A stretch of 64,000 nucleotides of DNA from the IMG/VR virus record IMGVR_UViG_3300042863_001217, one strand, 5' to 3'. The position numbers and the translations under genes are program-made. Positions within the stretch are counted from its first letter, which is position 1. Each line of letters starts with the position of its first letter. The stretch comes from a virus (taxonomy: Duplodnaviria; Heunggongvirae; Uroviricota; Caudoviricetes). A model generated the notes under the pieces. That model was not told where the DNA came from, searched no databases, and was given only the letters and a program-made list of their open reading frames with translations. Below are positions 28,929-36,939 of the stretch, piece after piece.

Positions 28929-28935
28929 TGCTATA

Positions 28936-29664
28936 TTATTGTTTTTTTGCTGCTAGTTGTTCTTGAATCCAACGTTTACCTAATGGATTTTGAACTGGTG
29001 TACCCAAGTTTCTGTTAATTTGCTTTTCGGCTTGATCTAATAGATCTTCACCATATGCTGAATTATCAACAATTAACATTTTATCAGATCCAAATAGTTT
29101 TTGAAAGTGACCTAAGTTATTTTGAACTTCTTTCCACATTTTTTCAACCATTTTATCTTCTAACTTTCTTTCTCTCATTTGATTTCGCTCTAATGCAACT
29201 TCTAATGATGTATTAACGAAAACCATATATGTATCATAACCTAAGTTTTGATAAATATCTCTAGTTTTACTAATCTTATCAAAATCTTTACCAGTTCCAT
29301 CAATTACTTGACCTAATCTAGAATTTAAATAGTTATTTTGAAGTCCTCTGGTCAAGTTTTTAGCTTTATCTCTAATAACCATAACTTCAGCCCATTTTTC
29401 AGGATCTTTTGCTAAATCTGCAAGATCTCCTGCATTATATCCAGCATCTTTTAAGCCTTTTTCGAATGCATTATCGTTATTAACTAATTTAAGTCCAGTT
29501 GCATAAGACACTGAACCTACTTTTCCTTTTGGAAAATCAAAAAGTTCTGTTGCAACATAAGATTTACCACTTCCTGGTCCACCTGCCATAAAGAATGCCT
29601 TAAGGATTCCTGGATCATATACGCCCTCGCTTACAAATTCTTCAAATAATTTGATATATTTCAT
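28936..29664 (-). CDS. Leader-family P-loop kinase-like protein (MKYIKLFEEFVSEG...)
   Basis: Conserved N-terminus followed by a GGPGSGKSYVA Walker A motif, as in nucleotide/nucleoside kinases. Confidence 0.55.
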   Translation of the reverse strand: MKYIKLFEEFVSEGVYDPGILKAFFMAGGPGSGKSYVATELFDFPKGKVGSVSYATGLKLVNNDNAFEKGLKDAGYNAGDLADLAKDPEKWAEVMVIRDKAKNLTRGLQNNYLNSRLGQVIDGTGKDFDKISKTRDIYQNLGYDTYMVFVNTSLEVALERNQMRERKLEDKMVEKMWKEVQNNLGHFQKLFGSDKMLIVDNSAYGEDLLDQAEKQINRNLGTPVQNPLGKRWIQEQLAAKKQ

Positions 29665-29696
29665 GATTATAAATTTATTTATATACTATATATCAA

Positions 29697-29733
29697 AATA
29701 AAAAAGGAGGTAACTTTAAAAGTACCTCCTTTG
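29697..29733 (-). terminator. Rho-independent terminator (minus strand)
   Basis: AGGAGGTAC-ttttaaagt-TACCTCCT followed by TTTTTTATTTT on the minus strand. Confidence 0.55.
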
Positions 29734-29755
29734 AAATATTATTTAATATATCTAA

Positions 29756-30133
29756 CTATTTTGCTATAAAAGCCGAAGTTGTTTTTTCACCATTTCTTAA
29801 AAGATTAGCAACTCTAGAATATCCATCTAATAAAACACCATCAACGACAACTATTTCTAATGAAAGATCTCTTGGACTTACATCGTCATCAGTGTAACGT
29901 TCTTCTCCTGAATCATAATATTCTTTAAAATCAGGATCGGTTTTTAATAAAGACTTCATATCAAAATCATCTACGTTTGCAAATGTTCTACCAACAATAT
30001 CTTTTTTAAATCCATTTGGAATATTTTCTTTTTCAGGTGTAATATCTTTAATATGTCTCCATACTTCTGATCCCTTTAAATCATTATATTCATTTAAATT
30101 GTTGTAGTCTTCATATGTTTTAACGTGTCTCAT
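29756..30133 (-). CDS. Degenerate leader-family protein (MRHVKTYEDY...)
   Basis: Weak match to the N-terminal pattern. Confidence 0.4.
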   Translation of the reverse strand: MRHVKTYEDYNNLNEYNDLKGSEVWRHIKDITPEKENIPNGFKKDIVGRTFANVDDFDMKSLLKTDPDFKEYYDSGEERYTDDDVSPRDLSLEIVVVDGVLLDGYSRVANLLRNGEKTTSAFIAK

Positions 30134-30153
30134 AATCTAATGTACTTTTGTTA

Positions 30154-32589
30154 TTATCTTGGCCAAAGCATTACTGTTCCTGGATCTGCAAATTGACCAT
30201 ACCATCCACACTTATCTAAAAATTTAGCAAGATCTTTGTGAATACCTTGTGGAAATTTAGATCCTCCATGGTAATAGTTAAACATTTCATCTTTCGCATT
30301 TGGCATTAATAAACCGTCGTTACCACCTAACCAAATACCACCTTCTTCACCGTCAAACTCTTCCGAATTTTTTACGAAACTAAGACCATATTTAGTAACC
30401 ATTACGTTTTTCATTTCTACTCTTGATAAAATCTTAGCTTCATTCAAGTACTTAGATTCCTGTAAAGAATGCTCGTTAACAATAGACTCATCAACCTTAA
30501 TTCCTCTTTTCTTAAGAAGTTTTTCAATTTCTTGATATGCTTTCTTATAATCTGCTTTTGGATATTCAAATCCTTTTAACCAATTAGCATATCCACTTAA
30601 TGCGTCATCATACATTTTCTTTAGATCTTCATCAGATGTTGAATTACTAAAGAAAAATGGTCCTACAAATGCCTCGTCAATAGAACCTGACATTAATTTA
30701 TATTTCCATGATTTTAGTTTCTTTTCTAATTCAGCTTTATCTTCTGCTTCAAAATCAAACTCATCATTGTAACCATAGTATCCTTTACCACGTTTTTCAA
30801 TGTAAGTTAATCCATCTTCACCGTCGTAGATTGCAATTTCTCTATCGTTATTATAAGTACCTTCTAAGATCTTTACACGTACGATGTCTTTTTTGGCAAT
30901 ACTATCTCCGTTAAAAACTAAATCATTATACATTTTACCAACAGAACCTTTAATTCCTTTTTTGGACTTTGTATCGATTGATAATACTTTATTAGTTCTG
31001 CTAAAATAATCTAACATATCGTAATCAAGATCTTTAGCATCTACTGTTTCGCCAGGACCTGGAAAGTTTTCATCTAAAGATTCAGTTTGAAAATGATTTC
31101 TATTAATCTTATTCAAATAATTTAATTCTTCGTCATTTAATTTAGTTGCAACTAATGATCTAAATTTACCACGTTGTTGAGAAGGCGTAAGCTTCATAAA
31201 TTCAACAATATCTTTGTCATCTTTAATTTTATCAATGATTGATTTTACAGCTTTATCAGATTTTCTTTTTTGCCACCAATTTTTTAAATCTTCAATTGGA
31301 GTAGTACCACCACCTGCACTTATTTTATTACCTAATAATGCTAATTGTCCCATAACCATGGCAGATTGCATTAGTATTAAAAATGTGGTTGCAGCATCTT
31401 CATTAATTGTAGATTCTAACATTTCTTCTTGCTCTGGAAAGTTTAAACTTTTACCAGCTGCAACTTGAATACCCGTAGCACCTCTTAATGAAACTCTTAA
31501 ATTGAATTTATCTCCATTTTCATTTTCAGCTTCAAAATCTCTAGTTGCTCCAGTTTTTGAACCAAATCCAGTTATTGTGTAAGTTCCTTTTTGAGTTTTA
31601 ATTTTGTTTCCAATTTTAAAACCATTTGCCATTTTAGGACTAATCATTCCTTCAACTAATTTCACCAATTTCGAATCGATCCATTCTTCACTAGAACCAT
31701 CCCATCTAATTAGAGATTTATTAGCTCTAGTTTTTACTAACTCACCAGTTCCTTGTAATTCACCTTTAGTATCATAAACATGTACTAACTCAACTGCTTC
31801 ATCGATTGATTCATCACCGAATCTATAACCACTAAACATGTTTTTAGCTTTTACAAGATCATCTTGTGTACCCGTTCCTTGATATAATATTTTACAACTA
31901 TCAGAATAGTTTTTTGCGTCACTTAGAACTTCTCTTACATCTGCTGCTCCAATTGCAATATAACCCGCACTGGTTGAATTTCCAGGATTTGTATATAAAA
32001 CAAATTTTTGTTTTTTAGCTTCATTAAGGGTTGATTCTAACAATATTAATCCAGCTGCCTTTGCTTCATCTCGTAATTCATCAAATTCTTCTATATCACT
32101 TCCTTTGATATAATCTGTTAAACCTCTAAAATTTTTAAAGTTTAACTTCTGTATTATATTAGTATTGCTATTATAAATAGCTCTTAAAAAATCTTTAACA
32201 CCAGCAGAACTTAAATGTAATTCATTTAAAGTTTCTTCAAGGCTAATTGATTCCAATACTTTAGAATTATCTTCAATAGCTTCTAATGTATCTGGCATTG
32301 TTCTAATTCCCACTCCGAATTTTTCATCCCATCTTTCAGATTTATATCCTGTACAATATTTGTCTTTAAGATCTTTATGATTTGCAAAAACACCACCTGG
32401 TAAATTAGTGATAATAGTACCCTTTGGTAAAACTACATTAATATAATTACCAATCTTAGCATCTTTGACATCCTTCTTTAATTCGTATTTACGATTATCT
32501 AAAGTGGTGATAGTTCTACCGCTTGTTCCAGAAATCATTTGCTTTGAAACTTCGCTTATGAATTCTTCAAATAATTTAACTTTCTTCAT
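30154..32589 (-). CDS. Leader-family large protein, 811 aa (MKKVKLFEEFISE...)
   Basis: Conserved N-terminus. Internal ...DESIVNEHS...YLNEAK... motifs. Confidence 0.6.
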   Translation of the reverse strand: MKKVKLFEEFISEVSKQMISGTSGRTITTLDNRKYELKKDVKDAKIGNYINVVLPKGTIITNLPGGVFANHKDLKDKYCTGYKSERWDEKFGVGIRTMPDTLEAIEDNSKVLESISLEETLNELHLSSAGVKDFLRAIYNSNTNIIQKLNFKNFRGLTDYIKGSDIEEFDELRDEAKAAGLILLESTLNEAKKQKFVLYTNPGNSTSAGYIAIGAADVREVLSDAKNYSDSCKILYQGTGTQDDLVKAKNMFSGYRFGDESIDEAVELVHVYDTKGELQGTGELVKTRANKSLIRWDGSSEEWIDSKLVKLVEGMISPKMANGFKIGNKIKTQKGTYTITGFGSKTGATRDFEAENENGDKFNLRVSLRGATGIQVAAGKSLNFPEQEEMLESTINEDAATTFLILMQSAMVMGQLALLGNKISAGGGTTPIEDLKNWWQKRKSDKAVKSIIDKIKDDKDIVEFMKLTPSQQRGKFRSLVATKLNDEELNYLNKINRNHFQTESLDENFPGPGETVDAKDLDYDMLDYFSRTNKVLSIDTKSKKGIKGSVGKMYNDLVFNGDSIAKKDIVRVKILEGTYNNDREIAIYDGEDGLTYIEKRGKGYYGYNDEFDFEAEDKAELEKKLKSWKYKLMSGSIDEAFVGPFFFSNSTSDEDLKKMYDDALSGYANWLKGFEYPKADYKKAYQEIEKLLKKRGIKVDESIVNEHSLQESKYLNEAKILSRVEMKNVMVTKYGLSFVKNSEEFDGEEGGIWLGGNDGLLMPNAKDEMFNYYHGGSKFPQGIHKDLAKFLDKCGWYGQFADPGTVMLWPR

Positions 32590-33379
32590 TTGTTTTAAAT
32601 GTTTTTATATGATTCTTTATTTCTTCTTCTTTTAATTCTTGATCCCATTTTATAAAGAATATGGTTTCATATACATTATCTCCCATCATGTCATACATTG
32701 ATTTGAGTTGTATTAATTCAAATTCTTCTTGATCTTTATCAGAATCTTTTAAATGGGATATTAATCCTCTGAAGTTATATATCTCGTTGTATTTAAGATC
32801 AGTCTCTTTGTAATTCATTATCTTGGAACCATAGTACTCCAAATGAAATCCCAGCTCTTCTAAAGGCTTAATTAAATTTAACTTATGATTCTTAATGATA
32901 CGCTTACTAGGCAGACCAGCGTTTCCATAAAAACAAATGGCTATCTGTTTAGACCATTTAGAAACCCAATCAGAACACACACCCACAACCTTATCGATGT
33001 TCGTGTCATTACATGAAATAGTATTAGAAGTGTATTGATTTGTGATATTAGACCAAGGAATACCCTTAGAAGTTATTGTAATATTATCACTTTTGTTATA
33101 GAAGAAATTAAGAGATGGAGCATTCTCTAATAAAAAAGAAAACGTTTGAGTATCCATGCAATTAATCCATAGATATTCTAAACGTTTTATATTTGTAAGC
33201 CAATCCCAATCTATTTGGGTTTTTGGTCCATTTGCACCTAAAAAGAATTTATTGTCTTGATACCAAAAATCTATTTTGACATTGTATCCTTGTTGAATTG
33301 CGAAATCTATATAATCTGGTGTATTTTCTAATAATACGTTAGGTCCTGTAATATTACCTTTGTTCGATATTAATAACAT
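32576..33379 (-). CDS. Hypothetical protein
   Basis: 267-aa ORF. Confidence 0.45.
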   Translation of the reverse strand: MLLISNKGNITGPNVLLENTPDYIDFAIQQGYNVKIDFWYQDNKFFLGANGPKTQIDWDWLTNIKRLEYLWINCMDTQTFSFLLENAPSLNFFYNKSDNITITSKGIPWSNITNQYTSNTISCNDTNIDKVVGVCSDWVSKWSKQIAICFYGNAGLPSKRIIKNHKLNLIKPLEELGFHLEYYGSKIMNYKETDLKYNEIYNFRGLISHLKDSDKDQEEFELIQLKSMYDMMGDNVYETIFFIKWDQELKEEEIKNHIKTFKTNEES

Positions 33380-33392
33380 AAACGTTTATTAG

Positions 33393-33632
33393 TTATACAT
33401 CTAAACTATCATGTGTTTCATTCTCTTTACGCTTTAATTGCCAGCGAAATAATATGGATAGCCCAAAGAACGACGCCGCAATAAAATACATAACGAAATT
33501 GGCGCGCCAAAGACTTCCAGTCGTCTGGATCAACCAGTACTGAATTACGTCGAACCCAAGCGGATTGAAAAATAGGGCTACCATCATGCTCCATGTTGAT
33601 AGACGGCTTTTTAGTTTTTTCGTTATACTCAC
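33393..33632 (-). CDS. Small two-TM membrane protein
   Basis: 79 aa with two hydrophobic helices. Preferred over the overlapping 33427..33648 ORF. Confidence 0.35.
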   Translation of the reverse strand: MSITKKLKSRLSTWSMMVALFFNPLGFDVIQYWLIQTTGSLWRANFVMYFIAASFFGLSILFRWQLKRKENETHDSLDV

Positions 33633-33649
33633 GACTGTCTGCTTCCATA

Positions 33650-34615
33650 TTAGTTAATATACATATTCAATTCAAATTTATCGTTTCCTCTATTATAAAT
33701 TTGAACATGTAAAGATTTCTTTTGTTCCTTATCGTTTTTAAAAAGTGTTAAGGTATCTTTTTTGGTTTTACCATCATTTGGTTTAAAGAATGCATCTATA
33801 TAAGCATCACCGTATTCTTTAGGATCTAATGTATATCCTTGAGAATTAGCATATATTTCAACTGCATTAATAGCTGAGGAATAGAGATTGTGATAAACTG
33901 GATAGTCATCTTTCTTCTCATTAACTACGCTTTCTTTTAAACCTAATTCTTTGTGTAATACTGACATGAATGGTCCAAAATTATGTGTACCGTATTCATC
34001 GATCAATACCTTAGCAACTGCTAATGCAAAATCAGTGTATGACAAAGAGTCATCAATTTTAATAATTGCTGAATCAATTCCTTTTGCTAATGCATCAGAA
34101 TTTTTAGATTCACTAATATAAACGAATTTATCGCCTTTGAATGCTTTATTTAAATCTTTAAGTAAATCTTCTGGTCCAGTGTGTTCTGCTGTTGAAAACC
34201 ATTTACCTCTGTATTGAAAATCTCCATCATAATCAACTTTAACCATACCATCATCTGAGAATATAAATGCATTTTCATCATCTTCCCAATCAACTGTGAT
34301 TTTCTTTTCTTTAATACCATCAACACCATCCATTGCATCATGAACTGCGTTTAGATTGTCCACCGCTCCAGTGATTTGAGAAAACATCCAAGATTCTAAT
34401 TTTTGACCGCCTTTCATGCGATCTCCGATCATTTCAGCATAATCTTCAATTCTTTCTAATTGACCTAAAGTCATATTATTTAATTCAGTAAGAGTATCAC
34501 CTTCTTCAGTAATTGATTTTTCTGACATATAAAATGCAGCATACTGTTCTCTTGACATATTCTGCTGAGAAGCAGCAATATTTAGATAATCGTCGAATAA
34601 TTTAACTATTTTCAT
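33650..34615 (-). CDS. Degenerate leader-family protein (MKIVKLFDDYLN...)
   Basis: Internal KESVVNEKK motif. Confidence 0.5.
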   Translation of the reverse strand: MKIVKLFDDYLNIAASQQNMSREQYAAFYMSEKSITEEGDTLTELNNMTLGQLERIEDYAEMIGDRMKGGQKLESWMFSQITGAVDNLNAVHDAMDGVDGIKEKKITVDWEDDENAFIFSDDGMVKVDYDGDFQYRGKWFSTAEHTGPEDLLKDLNKAFKGDKFVYISESKNSDALAKGIDSAIIKIDDSLSYTDFALAVAKVLIDEYGTHNFGPFMSVLHKELGLKESVVNEKKDDYPVYHNLYSSAINAVEIYANSQGYTLDPKEYGDAYIDAFFKPNDGKTKKDTLTLFKNDKEQKKSLHVQIYNRGNDKFELNMYIN

Positions 34616-34629
34616 GATTTGTATTTTAT

Positions 34630-34968
34630 TTAATATTCAAATGGTGGTGTACCATAATCAGCACGTTTAACAGCATACCAAACTCGACCTACTCTGAAAT
34701 ACCAGAATGTTGGTGTGTCAATGATATAGTGTTGTCCTTTAATAGTTACGTCTTTGTAACCACCTCTTGTAAAGTTCTTTGTTACAGGAACTCCGTCGTC
34801 CCATGTTTTATCAGTAGATTGTGCTTTGAAAGTTTTACCACTAAAGGTTGCTAAATAAATTTCTGCAGGTTTACCTTCTGATTTTTCGTCTTTAGTAAAA
34901 GCTTCTAAACCGATTGGCATTTCATTACCTTCGTTTACGAATTCTTCAAATAATTTAGTGTGTTTCAT
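34630..34968 (-). CDS. Leader-family protein (MKHTKLFEEFVNEG...)
   Basis: Conserved N-terminus. 112 aa. Confidence 0.55.
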   Translation of the reverse strand: MKHTKLFEEFVNEGNEMPIGLEAFTKDEKSEGKPAEIYLATFSGKTFKAQSTDKTWDDGVPVTKNFTRGGYKDVTIKGQHYIIDTPTFWYFRVGRVWYAVKRADYGTPPFEY

Positions 34969-35169
34969 TTGTAATCTTGTTTTTCACGAGGTTGTCTCTT
35001 TCTTAAATTAATTTCGTCTCTTAATTCTTTGATCCTATCTTTGATAATCATAATTCTATAATTATGCCATTTTCTAACTATAAAACATTTAGATTTATTT
35101 GCTTCTAAGTTTTCTAGTTCGGATTCAAAAAATTTAACCAATTTAAAGAGTGCCACCGTGTGTATTGTT

Positions 35170-35508
35170 TTATTGTTTTTCGTTAGCTCTGCACCAAACT
35201 ACTGCATCTTTTGGAGTTTTTAACTCTTCATCATATCCACTTAAGTCATAAATACCTAAGATAGTTTGACCATCGTCATTTAAATAGAATGAAAATTCTT
35301 CCATGTCACCTTCGTGTCTTGGAGCTTCAGATTCTAATCCATTTGCAAAGTGTACAATATGTGGAAATTCTTCTTGATCGTCATGTCCCCAAATAAGTTT
35401 TTCTACATTTTTGGCTTTAGCAAGTTCTTTAAATAATTTTACTAAAATCTCTGGTTTAGGTGATTTAGCTTCATTTAAGAATTCTTCGAATAATTTAGTG
35501 TGTTTCAT
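35170..35508 (-). CDS. Leader-family protein (MKHTKLFEEFLNEA...)
   Basis: Conserved N-terminus. Confidence 0.55.
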   Translation of the reverse strand: MKHTKLFEEFLNEAKSPKPEILVKLFKELAKAKNVEKLIWGHDDQEEFPHIVHFANGLESEAPRHEGDMEEFSFYLNDDGQTILGIYDLSGYDEELKTPKDAVVWCRANEKQ

Positions 35509-35514
35509 AATATC

Positions 35515-35844
35515 TTATTTATATTCTTTTTCGTATTTAGCTTTTAATTCTTCCCAAGCTGCTTTGTATTTAGCAGGAATTTTAGAAGGTTCATAAATTC
35601 TTGAATTTGATCTTTTGCTTGATCCTACTTTATAGTTTGAACCAGTGTATTGTTCCATGAATTCATCTCCAACTTTTTTATCACCATCAGCTTTAACATA
35701 AATACCATATGTGATAAATGTATCACCGTCTAAGTGACCTTCTAAAATATCACAACAAGGATTATGATCCTTGTTAGAATTAAATTTAAAGTCAATGAAT
35801 TTACCTTCGTTGATAAATTGTTCAAATAGTTTAATGTGTTTCAT
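35515..35844 (-). CDS. Leader-family protein (MKHIKLFEQFINEG...)
   Basis: Conserved N-terminus. Confidence 0.55.
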   Translation of the reverse strand: MKHIKLFEQFINEGKFIDFKFNSNKDHNPCCDILEGHLDGDTFITYGIYVKADGDKKVGDEFMEQYTGSNYKVGSSKRSNSRIYEPSKIPAKYKAAWEELKAKYEKEYK

Positions 35845-35849
35845 AATTA

Positions 35850-36119
35850 TTAAATTAATTTTGCTTTTGCTAATTTTGCTTTTAAAAGTTTACCAACTCT
35901 AGATTCAATTCCAGGAGATCTAAAAGAACCACCTATTTCGTTAGCTTCTTTTTTAATTAAAGTGATTAAGTCATCGATAGCAACTTCAACGTTAGCCATT
36001 AAATCTTCTTCTCTTGCTTCTTCGTCATCTGAAATAGTACCATCAGATTTCTTTTCAGTAATCGTCTTAGGTAATTCAATTTTATTTGCGAAAGCTTCGA
36101 AAGGTTTTGCGTATTTCAT
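35850..36119 (-). CDS. Degenerate leader-family protein (MKYAKPFEAFANK...)
   Basis: Weak match. Confidence 0.4.
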   Translation of the reverse strand: MKYAKPFEAFANKIELPKTITEKKSDGTISDDEEAREEDLMANVEVAIDDLITLIKKEANEIGGSFRSPGIESRVGKLLKAKLAKAKLI

Positions 36120-36152
36120 ACTATAAATATTTTTTTAATTATATTATATATC

Positions 36153-36740
36153 TTAATTAAAAAGCTCTTTTAGTTTTTCGTTTTTTATCATATTTGTTAC
36201 AGCTAATTCATAATTACTAGCCTCTGCATAATTTGCACCCAAATAACTTAAATATTGTTCTTCTGTATTAAGGTCTCTAAGATAAGCTGATTGAAATATT
36301 GCATAATCTAAGATTGATTCTTTCCAATTATCGTAATAAGCATGACCTAAATTAGTTCCACGTGCAGTAGTAGTTCTTTGTTTAGCTTCTTTCATACCAA
36401 ACAAATTATTATTAGATCTAAAGATATTACTTTGAAAATGGCCGCTTTCTATAAGAGCTTGAGCTAATACAATATGTGGGTATTTTACATTAAGTCGCTT
36501 AAGTTCTTCTACCACAGCTTCTTTTGAAAACTCATTCTTGGATATTTCATTAACTATTAAGACTTTTTGTTCATATGACATGTTAGTCATGGATTTAGCG
36601 GAAGCTTTCTGTGTGGCCACATTGTATGTGGTATAATAAGTAATGCCTAAGAAGAGCAAAGATGCTCCTATGGCTTTAAGCATTTTTCGGGGATTAATTC
36701 GTTTAAAAGTTAACGAGTCTTTACAATAAGTGTATAACAT
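36153..36740 (-). CDS. Glucosaminidase-domain peptidoglycan hydrolase (FlgJ-like) with N-terminal membrane anchor
   Basis: LAQALIESGHFQSNIFRSNNNLFGMK matches the mannosyl-glycoprotein endo-beta-N-acetylglucosaminidase family. Transmembrane segment at residues ~22-40. Confidence 0.65.
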   Translation of the reverse strand: MLYTYCKDSLTFKRINPRKMLKAIGASLLFLGITYYTTYNVATQKASAKSMTNMSYEQKVLIVNEISKNEFSKEAVVEELKRLNVKYPHIVLAQALIESGHFQSNIFRSNNNLFGMKEAKQRTTTARGTNLGHAYYDNWKESILDYAIFQSAYLRDLNTEEQYLSYLGANYAEASNYELAVTNMIKNEKLKELFN

Positions 36741-36879
36741 AGTTTTAAATTTAATTGGTTAATATTGTTAATGTACACGAAAAAAACGACATAAAAAACT
36801 ATTTATCGTTTATTTTCAATTTATTCATACTATTTATATGAAAGCTTCTAATTTTGTTTTAATTATAGAGCTAATATAC

Positions 36880-36920
36880 AAAAAAAAGCCCAAACTAAAA
36901 AATTTGGGCTTAATTATTTT
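36880..36920 (-). terminator. Terminator hairpin (GCCCAAA...TTTGGGC) plus T-run. Copy 1 of a repeated ~60-bp element
   Basis: A near-identical element recurs at 58786-58850, each time followed by the AAAAGTT(A/G)CGAACAATT box. Confidence 0.55.
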
Positions 36921-36939
36921 CATAAAAGTTGCGAACAAT

